A stretch of DNA of 64,000 nt from Octopus vulgaris (Eukaryota): positions 141,918,001-141,982,000 of the forward strand of contig OX597816.1 of NCBI GenBank assembly GCA_951406725.2, read 5' to 3'. The position numbers and the translations under genes are program-made. Shown here one piece after another: positions 26,661-39,480 of the stretch. The stretch's first letter is position 1; every line of letters starts with the position of its first letter. Below the pieces are notes generated by a model that was not told the origin of the DNA, made no database searches, and saw nothing but the letters and a program-made list of their open reading frames with translations.

Positions 26661-28246
26661 GGCGCAGGAGTGGCTGTGTGGTAAGTAGCTTGTTTACCAA
26701 CCACATGGTTCCGGGTTCAGTCCCACTGCGTGGCACCTTTGGCAAGTGTCTTCTACTATAGTCTCAGGCCGACCAAAGCCTTGTGAGTGGATTTGGTAGA
26801 CGGAAACTGAAAGAAGCCCGTTGTATATATGTATATATTGTTACGGTTGGCCAAGTGCATTTCGGGTTTAATTAGTGTAGTGTTTCTGGTGACCCACATT
26901 GGAATTATGGTTCCGGCATGTCTAGTAGAAAAGTGACAGTCTTTTGTTTAATGGAGGACTAATGGGTTTTGGAATGACCTGTGACCTTGTGCGGGTGAAT
27001 TAGGGGTCGCTCTGGGCACCCCTTGAATATGTCGTGAGAGAGGATGAGGGGGCAGAGAGGGACAGGCAGAGAGTATGGTAGAGCTGTCAAGAGAGGGTAA
27101 TAGGCAGCAGGTGATAGAGATAGGCAGTAAGATCAGAGAGCAGATAGAAAGGCTATAAGCAGTAAGGGACAGATTGAGAATAGAGATAGAGTATAAGGCT
27201 AAGAGAGCAGATAGAAAGACTATAGGTGGTAGAACAGAGGGAGATGAGGGAGTGGAAGTCAGGACAAGGAAGTGAGGTTCTGGGCAGTTCGTGGCTGGTC
27301 GTCAAAGAAGAGAGACGGACTCTGGAGGTCAGAGCGAGTGGATGGAACCTTGGATTTAAGGAGCAAGCGTTGGAATTCCTGGGAGCGAGCTGGGATGCGA
27401 GGAGGCCTAGGAGCAAGTGATTGGAATATGCACAGAGGGGAATTAGCAGAGTATTCAGAGGATTTAGCAGTATTAAGAGATGAGTGCAGAATGGGACACT
27501 GGCGATTCAGTTAGGAATTAAGGTATGTGATTTGTGTATTGAACAGTGAAGAAAAAGAAGGACTCTGTCGATGTAGTCGATAAAGAACATTGTGAATTGA
27601 GTAAAGGACTTGTTGAATTGTAACATGAATTGTTGTGATACGAACATTGTATAATGTATCGAAGTGTTCTGATTGGACTGTGACGTATCGTGAACATTAT
27701 TTGATCTGGACTTGTTGTGTCGTTACTGAACACTGTTATATTGTTACATGCATGTTGCCTTAAATGCTTTGATGTTGTAACCATTGTAATTGTCGTATAA
27801 ACTGTTGTTTGAATATAAGCCAGTGTTGCCAGTTGTTGCCTTGCCTCTTTGGGTTGTATCTCGGGTTGTGCCTCTGTATCTCTGTGCTGTTGAGGTTGTG
27901 GCAGTATCTATCTGTATCTCCTCTCTCCGCCTCTTTGGGTTCCGTGGCGGAACTAGTTGTGAGCCGTTCGGGACGGACGACGGCGATTCCAGTCCGTTTT
28001 GCAACAATATATATGTGCGTGCGTGTATGTTTGTGTGTCTGTGTTTGTACCCCCAACATCACTTGACAACCGATGCTGGTGTGTTTATGTCCCCGTCACT
28101 TAGTGGTTCGGCAAAAGAGACCGATAGAATAAGTACTGGGCTTACAAAGAATAAGTCCCAGGGTCGAGTTGCTCGATTAAAGGTGGTGCTCCAGCATGGC
28201 CGCAATCAAATGACTGAAACAAGTAAAAGAGTAAAGAGTAAGAGTA
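26661..28246 (+). mobile_element. Full-length tRNA-derived CORE-type SINE (OR-like), interrupted by an LTR
   Basis: A box TGGCTGTGTGG, B box GGTTCAGTCCC, CORE-like GGCACCTTTGGCAAGTGTCTT. The 3' half resumes at 28007 and ends in AAGAGT repeats. Confidence 0.9.
26839..28006. mobile_element. Solo LTR (1168 bp), probably Gypsy-type
   Basis: TGTTAC...GCAACA termini, 4-bp TSD ATAT (26835-38 and 28007-10), no coding capacity. Confidence 0.8.
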
Positions 28247-28769
28247 ATGTCAGGGCCGTAGCCACATCACTTTCCCATGCTAAAAAAACTATACCAAAAA
28301 TGGAAGCACAAACAAGACAGGATCCTTCAATACATCTAGAAAGGCAGTAAGTTCAAATAAGTGACTTAACTGTGACCAACTGTCCAATTCATGCCAGTAT
28401 GGAACAATGACATTATACACATATATATGCTTTTATTCTTTTATTCATTTCAGCCATGCAGCTGTGGTCACACTGGAACATCACCATAATTTTGCACTTC
28501 TTTGGCTGATTTCTTCAGGGTGGTGGGGTTTCACATCCCCACATCTGTATGTGGTTTTGCTCTGATTATTGGCCCCTTTGGTGTATGAGGGCTTTTGACA
28601 CCACTGCCCTGTATATATACATAATCATTATTTTACACTTGTGTTCCACATACATAAATACTTATAGGCATGTATGCATATGTCCATGCATGCATATGTA
28701 TGTACAATCACATGCACATACATACATACATACAGACATACATACAAACAGACAGACAGACATATACTC

Positions 28770-29175
28770 TTTTACTATTTTACTCTTTTACTTGTTTCAG
28801 TCATTTGACTGTGGCCATGCTGGAGCACTGCCTTTAGTCGAGCAAATCGACCCCAGGACTGATTCATTGTAAGCCTGGTACTTATTCTATCGGTCTCTTT
28901 TGCTGAACTGCTAAGTTACAGGGACATAAACACACCAGCATCGGTTGTCAAGCGATGTTGAGGGGGGGGTGGCAAACACAGACACACAAACACACACATA
29001 CATATATATACATATACATATATACGACGGGCTTCTTTCAGTTTCCACTCATAAGGCTTTGGTCGGCCCGAGGCTATAGTAGAAGACACTTGCCCAAGGT
29101 GCCACGCAGTGGGAGTGAACCTGGAACCATGTGGTTAGTAAGCAAGCTACTTACCACACAGCCACTCCTATGCCT
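28770..29175 (-). mobile_element. Full-length OR-like CORE SINE
   Basis: Reverse complement of the 26661 family with the tail. Confidence 0.9.
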
Positions 29176-29207
29176 ATATGTGTAGATATATGTAGATACA
29201 TGCATAT

Positions 29208-29545
29208 GTAAAGGGTAAAAACCCCTTTTGGTCATGAATGACAATGGGGTTGCACCCAGAATGTTCCTCTCCAAGATACAAATCTGAGCAAGGTTGTTTA
29301 TGGAAGACCAGCAGTCACTCATGCATAACAGTCTCCCCTCTCCATGCCACTGATGTTATCCAAAGGAATGGCTGATACAACTTAGCACAAGTGATGTCAC
29401 AACTCATTTCTACGGAAGAGTGAACTGGAGCAAGGTGAAATAAAGTGTCTTGCTCAAGAACACAACACACAGCTTGGTCTGGGAATCAAACTCATTACCT
29501 CATGATTGTGAGCCCGAAACTCTATCCACTGAGCCATGCACCTTA
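29208..29545 (-). mobile_element. tRNA-derived SINE, second family
   Basis: A box TGGCTCAGTGG, B-box-like GAGTTTGATTCCC, central TGTGTTCTTGAGCAAGACACTT, tail ending CCTTTAC. Confidence 0.75.
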
Positions 29546-29807
29546 TGTACATTCATATATATAATTATCCTTTTACAACTGTGTTCAGCATTAGAGACTA
29601 ATAGAATAAGTTCTTGGCTTAAAAAATAAGTCCTGGAGTTGATTTGTTCAACTAAAACTCTCCAAGTTGATGCTCCAGCATGGCCACAGTCAAATCACTA
29701 AAACAAGTAAAAGAATAAAAGAATACATACAAACATACATACATATATACATACATACGTACGTACATACATACATACATACATGCGCACACACATACAA
29801 ACACACA

Positions 29808-29855
<48 letters not shown>

Positions 29856-30430
29856 GTAAAATTAAATAATAAGGATAGAAATTGAAATTAATCAATTAAA
29901 ACCAGTGAGTTAGCATATTTAAAAAATCCAAAGATTAAAAAATTGCATTACATACAGTCCTCTAAATTTTTTGTATATATATATATATATATATATATGA
30001 ACCTAACCTATGTGCGCTATTTTCCTGGTTTTCTCCCTTATTAACTCCTCTCTTCTCTTCCCAGGCTCTCCAGGACTTTCCTCTAGTATTTAAGAAAGGA
30101 CTAAACCTGAAATTTTATAACCTACTCTATAACACTTATTCCTTCCTTGTGTGTAAACCTAATAATATTAATTGTGAACATCCCTTGTAATTTGCTTGTT
30201 TTCTGTCTTTTGTTATTTAGGTGTGTGTTTATCTGTCTACCTACCTACCTATCTATCTAATCTATCTGTCTGTCTGTCTGTCCTTCTGTCTCTGTATGTA
30301 TGTCTGTCTAATCTGTCTCTCTATCTATCTATCTCTCAATCTGTCTGTCTATATATATCTGTCTGTTTGTCAATCTATCGATTTGTCTGTCTGTCTATCT
30401 GCCTGCATACTTGTCTATCTATCTATCTAC

Positions 30431-30478
<48 letters not shown>

Positions 30479-30559
30479 ATATATATATATATATAAAGCT
30501 AGCTAGTTAGCTTGCTAGCTAGTTAGCTTGCTAACTAGCTAACTAGCTAGCTAGCTAGC

Positions 30560-30617
<58 letters not shown>

Positions 30618-32738
30618 GGCAGACAGATAGATAGACAGACAAACAGAGGGAGAGGGGGGAGAGAGAGAGATGTATATGTATCTATTTGTTTGTGACTATG
30701 TGTGTAAACATATGTGCAGTCATTTACTACATATTTTCTCAGAACCACAATAATTCCAGTTGCTTAATGTTGAAGAAAGCATTCTGTATGAGTGTATGCG
30801 TATGTATGTGCATGTGTGCACTTCCATATATACAAACATACACACTTATATATATATGTATTTAGATATGTGTGTGTGCATGTATGTGTGTGTACGTATG
30901 TATGTATGTATGTATGTATGTATGTATGTATGTATCGCATTTCAACATACACACCTTTCCATACTCACTTTCAGTGATTCTCAACATTAAACTCTAAAAT
31001 AGATAAGCTAAATTTTGTTGTAACTTTTTTTTAGAACACTCTTTAATGTCAACTCATTAATTCTCAAATAAAGATTTTCTGAAAGTATTTCCAATCCATT
31101 CCCACCTCTCTCTGGGTTGATTTCTTCCCATTTTCTTCTGCCATTTTTGAAGTCAATGAATATTTTGAAATGGTTCTCCCCACCCAACTTCTTGAAATAA
31201 ATTGTCCAAAAACTGCTTTACAGCTTTCTTCCACTAAATGATTTTCTACATTTTCTGCTTTCAATTTTTTTCTTTATTTTCAATAGAGTTAAAATCTAAG
31301 CTAATTAATTTATCGCTGAATTTCATTTCAAATTAATTCTTAAACAAGAAAATAAAAAACAAAAAATAAGACATAAAAATAAAACATATTAACTGAATTC
31401 TCAGTTCAAACACAGCACAAATTCTATTTAGTATCTCTTTATTAACTTTCAGAATATTGCAAACATGTCAGCATATTTATGTAAAGAATAAATGCCTGAC
31501 ACGAAATCGTCTAAAGAAAAACACAGCAATACTTGTATTACAACCAATGAAAAAGTTGTTGTGAATGGCATTAGAGTCACATATTTTGAAGGGTAATTAA
31601 AATTCAAATGTAATAAACCTTGCTATATTTATTATCTGCATAGAAAGAAATGCTATCGACACTATGAAAACAAAAAAAAAAAATTAAAAAAACTTTCTCC
31701 CAACAAAAACAAACATGAATTTTAATATTTACTAGTGGACCAGCCAAAGAATACAGAATACAGGTAAATAACTGCACATTGATCCTGGACATTTTCTCAA
31801 TCAAATTACAGATATTAGTAAGAGTTTGTAATTCAAAAATATTTTCTAAAAAGAAAAGAAACTGCCAACTGAATTGCATGAGGCAATTGTCTGATGTTCT
31901 TCATTTTTGGCAGCAATCCAATTTATATTAGCAATTTCATATAATAAGATGTCAAACAACAATTTCAAAAATTAATTAATCGAGCTTAAAATCTGATATA
32001 AGTGCCTGACTCTTTTAGGAGAATTTTTGCAAACTTTAAAGAATGTACCAGCCTTCAATAAAATACCTTTGACTTCAAATTATCTTTCATTAACTCTTGC
32101 CCAGACAGTTCATTCATCGGTCATTAATGGTCAAACAACAATGTATCTCTAGATTTACTAAGCGACTGTTTCAGAGAAGTTACTATCTCACAAGTAATTT
32201 TTAGGTGATTTGAAGCAATTTAAAAAAAGTAATATTATAATTTTAATCACTTTCAGGTATTTGAAGTCAAATAATAGAATTTGCTTAAAGTAAAAATTGC
32301 CACTGTAAAAAAAAAAAAAAAAAAAAAACTGCAATATTTATGGGTGTGTAGTTAAGAAGTTTGCATTCTAGTTATGTGGTACTGGGTTCGGTTCTACTAC
32401 ATGGCACTTTGGCCAATTGTCTTCAACTGAAGCCCTGGGTTGACCAAATCCTTGTGTGGGAATTTGGTAGTTCAAAACTGATAGAGGTCTATTGTGTGTA
32501 CGTATGTGTAAATATATATATAGGTGTGTGTGTGTGTGTGTGTGTATAGGATTAAATAAAAAGAACACAACAAACTGAAAACTTGACATCTCTATATATA
32601 TGTATAAAGAAGTTAAAAAAATGTATAGTAAATAAACTAACAAACAGAAAGCAGACACAGAAGGTCAAGTTGCAAAACATATACTAAATGCACAGACAAA
32701 GAGAAAACAAACACAGAAGGTCACCAACTCCTCATCAG

Positions 32739-32924
32739 TTATCAACCAGAGTGTCAAATGCAATTCCATGCCATTATTGATAATATTGCTTCCATTCTGG
32801 AGGCACTGGCAAGAAACTTGCTGTGAGTGTGACCAAAACATAGCAAAATGAAACTGATATGTATTTTTCATTTTTTGAGTTCTGCTTTTCCAGTCATCCC
32901 TTCACCAGAGATGATGTGAGAGAG
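32739..32924 (+). CDS. Candidate host exon pair (32739-32822 and 32894-32924), product unknown
   Basis: 71-nt intron with GTGAGT donor, CTGAT branch-like motif and T-rich CAG acceptor. Phases match, giving YQPECQMQFHAIIDNIASILEALARNLLHPFTRDDVRE. Second donor is GAG|GTAAAT. Confidence 0.35.
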
Positions 32925-32939
32925 GTAAATGTTTGAGTT

Positions 32940-34900
32940 CAACCCATTCTGCGTCCATCTGCCTGCTACAAACCCATTGTAGAAGACCTAATGTAATTTA
33001 TAAATGCACCATCCTCAACACATTACACAATTCTACAGCTATATATATATAGGGTCAACCATAAATTTTAAACGGCGATATGCTGCTCATCTCAATTCTT
33101 TTAGATACGAGAACCACAGTAAATCCACAACACTCGCTAATCACATACATCATCTCAAAAATAGAAATATTCCCTACATTTTGTCATGTCCATAATAGAT
33201 TCAGGGCTTCCATACCAAGGTCAACACTTAGCCTGTAAGCTATGCCTAAAAGAGGCATTCCACTTTTTAAAACACAACTCCTCAACACTACTAAATAAAT
33301 ATAATGAAGTCCTAGGTACATGCAACCACCACTTTTTTCATACCTTCAAATTTTACCACAAATCTAAATGCAACCTAAATAACCACACAGTATATATCCA
33401 CAACATCCCTTAGGTAATTCCCCAAGAACCCTACTTAACTTTCCCTTATTTCCATTTTAATTTTTAATCTTTAATTCTTTAACTCCCCTCTTTTACTTCA
33501 AGGATCTTGATCATTTAATACTACATATTTGGACATACAGGCAGATATGTGTGTGTGTGTAAATGTGTGTGCATGTATTTTTATGTGTGTATGTATGTAT
33601 ATGAATATGGGTACATGTATGTATATATATATATATATATATATGTACATGTGTGTGTGTTTACATATATACTTGCATATGTATATTCAATTATACATGA
33701 GTGTGTGTATGTGTATATAAGTATACATAAGTACCTGTATACACACGTGTCAATGAATATGTGTAAGCATGAGTACACTTGCATGTATGTATGCATATGC
33801 ACACATGTATATGTATGTGGGTGCGAGTGTATGTATGTCATTATACCTTCTTTCCTCCTCTCTGATTCCTACCAATCACACCAACGTATCACAGAAATTT
33901 TGACATTCATGTATTCTTCCCTCCTCTTTAAATTTTACTACTAAAACTACTACTTACTTTGGTATCACCCCACCCATACCCTTTCTCTACCCATCCCTTA
34001 ATACAGCCTTATCATATCACCCCTACCCACATGTCTCACACTAATTCAATCATTACCTTTTTATCTCTTCCTATTCACCCATCCCCCACTCCTCTCCCAT
34101 CCTTCCCTCACATTATCTTGATCACCAACTAACACTCCTTTTCTCACCTCTGTCGCCCTTTCTTCCTTTTCCTTCTTCTCTCTCCCTCTTCTTTTCTCTC
34201 TCTTTTTATTATCATTACTCTTTTATCCTTTTTCTCTTTTCCTCTTTCTCTCATTTTCCCTTCCTCACTTCATTTTGATCTCTCTTCTCATTCTAATCAT
34301 ATACATCTCCCCCCCCCCATCCATCCACAAATACTACCAATACATTCTCAAATTTTCATTCATACCACAAAACCCCTTCGAATGGGCAACACAGAATCCA
34401 CGGCTCCATACTTTGAAATGACTAAACGCAAACTACTATTGGAACTTACAGACCATGTACAGGAAACTTTTTTACCATTTCTATACACTACTTTACTTGA
34501 ATAATGGAACTGCAATAACAATATTTTAAGTTATTTCTACTTTCATTCTTTTATTTCCCTCAATTTTCCCTATCTCTTTTTCCATAACGATTTCCTTATT
34601 TCGAACTCAAACATTTACCTCTCTCACATCATCTCTGATGAAGGGATATCTATAATATCCCAGAAACAGCTGTAAGACTATATCTCTTTCCTTATAAATG
34701 TCCTGAAAACTCCTCACAGCCTTGGCTTTGTCATCTGTTCTTGTCTAATATATATGCAGGCTAATACATTACCCACATTAAACTCCTCCCTCATATCACG
34801 ATTGAAGCAAGAGTTTAACTATGGTCTGTCCTTAGCACTTACTTAGCATTACCTGCCACTCTTTGGGGGAGGGGTCTTCTAGATACCAATACCTTTTTAT
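32940..34900 (+). mobile_element. Penelope-like element 3' part: GIY-YIG endonuclease and pLTR/UTR
   Basis: 'C...HC..PNVIYKC', 'IYIGSTINFKRRYAAHLNSFRYE...TTLANHIHHLK' and 'PYQGQHLACKLCLKEA...LLNKYNEVLGTCNH', frameshifted. A hammerhead lies downstream at 34632. Confidence 0.85.
34632..34678 (+). ncRNA. PLE-associated type I hammerhead ribozyme, intact core
   Basis: TCT CTGATGA A GGGATAT ctata ATATCCC a GAAA CAGCTG TA AGA. Confidence 0.8.
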
Positions 34901-35026
34901 TTATATATATATATATAAACATACCTCAATAAATCACTATTGTTTCTGAAAGGGGATTTATATATTTACTATGGATTGCTTGAAGCTAACTTTCTTCCTA
35001 CACCTCAATCCCTGAATCTTACATTA

Positions 35027-35062
<36 letters not shown>

Positions 35063-35124
35063 ATAAAAGTGGTAAGACAACAAAAGAATGAAAGAGACCT
35101 TGATATTATGTAAATAGAGGAATT

Positions 35125-35365
35125 TATCTGTATATCTAATATGTGACAATTATTTGGTAACTATGATAAAACTCCGAGTTTTGGATGCCGAGGTGGAAAT
35201 CCATGTTGCCATATCTTCAGTTATCCGGCCTCTTCAGTTATCATAGCATTTTTTCCGATGGATGGATAACTGAAGAGATGGCGGCGTGGATTTCCACCTC
35301 GGCATCCAAAACTCGGAGTTTTATCATGGCTACTGAATAATTGTCACATATTACATATACAGATA
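35125..35365. repeat. Inverted repeat (arms about 100 bp), each arm carrying a hammerhead-like motif
   Basis: 35125-35226 is the reverse complement of 35264-35365. The right arm reads GATAA CTGAAGA GATGGCG..TGGA/TCCA..GGCATC c AAAA CTCGGAGTT TTATC. Confidence 0.88.
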
Positions 35366-36200
35366 TATAAATGTGTGTGTGTGTTTGTGCCTCTTTTCCT
35401 TCATATTACATGATAGCTGCAAATTAGTATTCCCATCATAAAAGCAGTGTCATTTGTTTCCAGTCTTCCATGGAAGTATGTGTAGTTGTGGGGAAATATC
35501 TTGCTTGGAAATTAGAGAGAATAGGTGACTGGAAGAGCACAAGGTCATAGAAAAACTGCTTCACCAAATTCCATCTAGCCTATGCAAACAAAAAAAATTA
35601 GGCACTAAAATGATGATGGTAATGATGACAATGACGACAACGACAATGACGACGACGATAATGATGATAAAACGATGATAATGATAAAAAGATGCGATGT
35701 TGCAAGGTTTGTGAAATATGAGTATTAACTGAGGGGCATCTGCATTGGCTTGAGAAGAATGAATTGAGTATGATGAGTTGAATGTAGTTAATTGAATGCA
35801 CAATATTAATTTACATGAAAGACTGATTACAAGTGAGTTAAGCATGAGTTAAGAAAGTATCTAGGCATAAAATGCAATGGATATACACAGCTTTATCAAA
35901 TGGTTAGCAGCATGTTTAATCATCACTGATTTTCTTTTCTTTTACTATTTTTCCTTTTTTTTTTTTTTTGTAAATTTTCTACTATTGAATACATTGAAGA
36001 GATTCTTAGGTAAAGCAGTTATTAAAGCTAGTTATTAAAGCTGAGGAGGTTATGGTAGCTCTGTATTATTGAAAAACTTAAATGAATGTAATTTAGCACT
36101 GTAGCAAAGTTATGAAACCATAGAAATTGAAGCTTTATTTTTCCATAAATATATTAATTCTTCTTTCCTGGCTATATGCCCTATATTTTCTAGCATACTG

Positions 36201-36244
<44 letters not shown>

Positions 36245-39139
36245 TTAACGTCTGTTTTTCATGCTGGCATGGGTTGGATGGCTTGGCAGGAACAGGTACG
36301 GTCAGGGGCCACACCAGGTTCTATTTTCTGTTTTGATTTGGTTTCTATGGCTGGATGATCTTCCTAATGTCAACCACTCCACAGAGTATACTGGGTGCTT
36401 TTTACATGGTACCATCACCAATGCTTTCTATGTGGCACCTTGGTTTTAAGATTTCAAACCTGTTTTGGTGGGTGGGTCTTTTCAAGTACAGCAATGCACC
36501 ACATACTCAAGAAGACTGATGTAGTATATAGTGTAAACATGTGTAAACATTCAAATATCATCACTATCTTTCCAAAACCTGCTACATTTTACACAGAATT
36601 TTGGTCCTCCAAAGTCACCTTGGGGTATAAGATGACCTACCATTTCTTTTGGCTGTAAATTTCAGTCAGCAAAAATTTGATTTGTATACTGGAAAATACA
36701 ATATCTTCTATACTATTTTCAGACCTGATTTAAATATGATGTTGATCAACATTAACTTACTAATTTTAGAGTCTTATCTACCTGTTGATATGTGAAGGAG
36801 AGTTGGTTATACAGTTATATGCATACTATGAAAGGATGATATCTGCTGAGTAAAAAAAAAATGCTGTAAGTTGAAGTTAATACTGATAACTGAAAGCACA
36901 CAGAGAGTTGAGAATAGAGAACAGAAACATGGAAACAAGTGATGATATCAAATCTGAGAATGTTGTGCTTCATAAAGGAAATGACATTAGGATTGTGACA
37001 AACAAAATGTGATGATTTTTTTTTTTTTACTGGTCCATGATAGAATAGAGAAGCAGACACTTTAATGACAAAGATAGCGAATTAGTATTATCCATCATTA
37101 TATTATCTCTGTCATCATCCCCCAACTCTGCCTGTATTGTTAATGCTGTTATCACCACCCAACTCTGCAAACATTGTGTACTGAGTGGAAACGAAGCCTA
37201 TCTAGATCACATTATATTTGTCACAATCAATTACAGGATGATAGAAGATACAGTCTGGTTCCAGGCTAGAGAACATCATGACATATTTTGTATTTTGGTT
37301 CAGTAAGTCACTTCTAGATGTTTGGTTGACTAACTTTGTATAAAAGCATTTGTTACACACCACCAACATGAGCAACACCAGTACCATTGGCCACATTACA
37401 ATGAACAACAACAGCAGCACCACCACCACCACCAGTAGTAGTAGTAGTAGTAGTAGTACCCTCACAATCACCAGATTAACAACAATTTACTGCTATTCAG
37501 TTATTATTTTCAAACAATACTTCAAATAACATTCCAAACTTACCAGAAATTGAAATGGCTCTGCATATGTATTACATTACATAGGTGATCAATGCAAGTT
37601 TCAAAAATAAATTCTTATAGCTTTAAATGTAATACTTCCTCTAAATCTGAGATCCCATTATTCCCTGATGGAACATGTCCAGAAGTTGGAAAATTTTTTC
37701 TTGTTTAATAAATAACATGACAATTAGAAGAAAACTTTAAAGAATTCACTTCTAGTATTGATTTCTCACTTTAACACAAAGACTTGAGCACAAGGACATA
37801 CATTAAAAGAAGAGAATGAGATTAGTTGATGCCCCAGTATTTCTGATGTGGGAAATATGTCAAAGGCAGGAGATATTAAACATAAATATGTAAATTAATT
37901 ATTTATTTATTTGATGCTTTCAACATCTTCAAGTAATAATATAAGATCAGTATTTCATAAATTTTAGTTTTTTTATGACTAAAAACAACAGCAATTCAAT
38001 ATACAATTTTTGTTTTGAACTAAAGTGTGTTTAACAGACTAGAAGATAAAAAGTATGTAAGCTGTATTATTATCATTATCATACACTGTTTTCCCAACAC
38101 TTACATTGCCATGAAGATAATATAGATTCTGATGGGCACATGAAAGCTGCTTTTTTGTTACTGTTATTGTTGTTTTGTTATTTCAGTTATAAGAATAACA
38201 CTTAGGAGTTCTTGAAACCCTTCTGCCAGTTTTAGCCCTTTTCACAGACCTTTTAACCCAACTCTTTGCATTATCTGTTTATACACTACAATTTGCTGTA
38301 ATTTTGTGATTAAAATAAATGAATTGAAATTGCATTTACATTTTGATGGCACAGCTTTCACTGAGTTCCACTGTCTTAGTCTCATTTATAATATTCAAAT
38401 ATTATAATATATTTTAAACACTATCCCTCTTTCCTCCAAGCTTCCTTCGAAACATCAAGAAAAGTTTCTGTGTAGAAGTCTAGCAATCTTAGTACTATTT
38501 TCTCAGTCTTCTGAAAATTTCATTTTTCTGAAAAGTAAACTAGAAAAGAAAAGATAGTGCTCATGACTTTTCCAGCTCCCACTCCGACATTAGTGAGACT
38601 CATATTGCTCACGCCCAACCTTAATGTTTGCAGACCAATGTCCACAAGAAAAACATAAGCATAATACATGCAACAGAATGAATTTCAATAAAGAACCAAG
38701 CAAGTTAAATGTACCACCTTCATTGCAATTCTCTGAAGAACAGCTGCTTTGGATTCCTGAAATTACTTAACAATATAGTATTGTAAAACATTTTGATTGG
38801 CATATTTTAATGATATTATCGATGAAACAACACTACTTGCACAAGTTGGCATGAATGTCTCAAAATAGTTGTTTAAAGATATAGCAGTAAAATCTCCAAA
38901 TCATACCCTTAAAAAAACACCTCTTGGATAATGTAGTCTATGGTACGCTATGCATGAAAAACAGGATAGGGTGGCCATAGTTGAAATTTTTATGATCAGA
39001 GGTTTGTTCAAACATGATCTGCATAGCTAAAGTAACTGCTTCTTTGAGTCAGGTTCTAGGAGAGCATCTCAAGCAATGACTGCAGCATCTTGACCACCAA
39101 ATTGCTGTTTTATCAAGTCATCTGAAGCATGTGCTTGGA

Positions 39140-39480
39140 CTGTAGCTGTAGCACAGCTGAATAGTTAGGAAGTTTGATCTGAAATCATAAAGCCTTGGGT
39201 TTGAGCTCACCGAGTGGTATCTTGGGCAAGTAGCTTTTACCGTAACCTCAGGTCAATTCAAGTCTTCTGAGTGAAATTGTGCTGGCAGAAATTGTATGGA
39301 AGCTAACCAGAGGGATTATGCCTATAATTTTAAGGTCCAAGCTTGTCACACACTGTGTAATATTCATTCTACCTGAGAATTGCATGAAAGATAGACGTGT
39401 CTGTAAAATACTTAACCATTTTCATGTTGATTCAATGAGTTGGTAGTTGAACTGATCAAACAACTAAACATCATCATCAA
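39140..39480 (+). mobile_element. tRNA/CORE-type SINE, third family, decayed (relative at about 57075-57390)
   Basis: tRNA-like head, TCTTGGGCAAGT core, and a tail shared with the 57075 copy. Confidence 0.55.

Noticed and set aside
26661-26735. tRNA-like sequence
   Set aside because: It is a SINE head with no complete cloverleaf.
30080-30125. AGG/CCT hairpin plus GAAA in a TA-flanked unit
   Set aside because: The core is too degenerate to call.
31064-31264. 66-aa minus-strand ORF (MAEENGKKSTQRE...)
   Set aside because: No recognisable homology and only a weak donor site.
36500-36705. Exon-like segment (NFGPPKSPW or PKEMVGHL...)
   Set aside because: Contains GTATAAGATGACC and TTGTATACTGGAAAATAC, resembling Tc2/pogo MITE ends.
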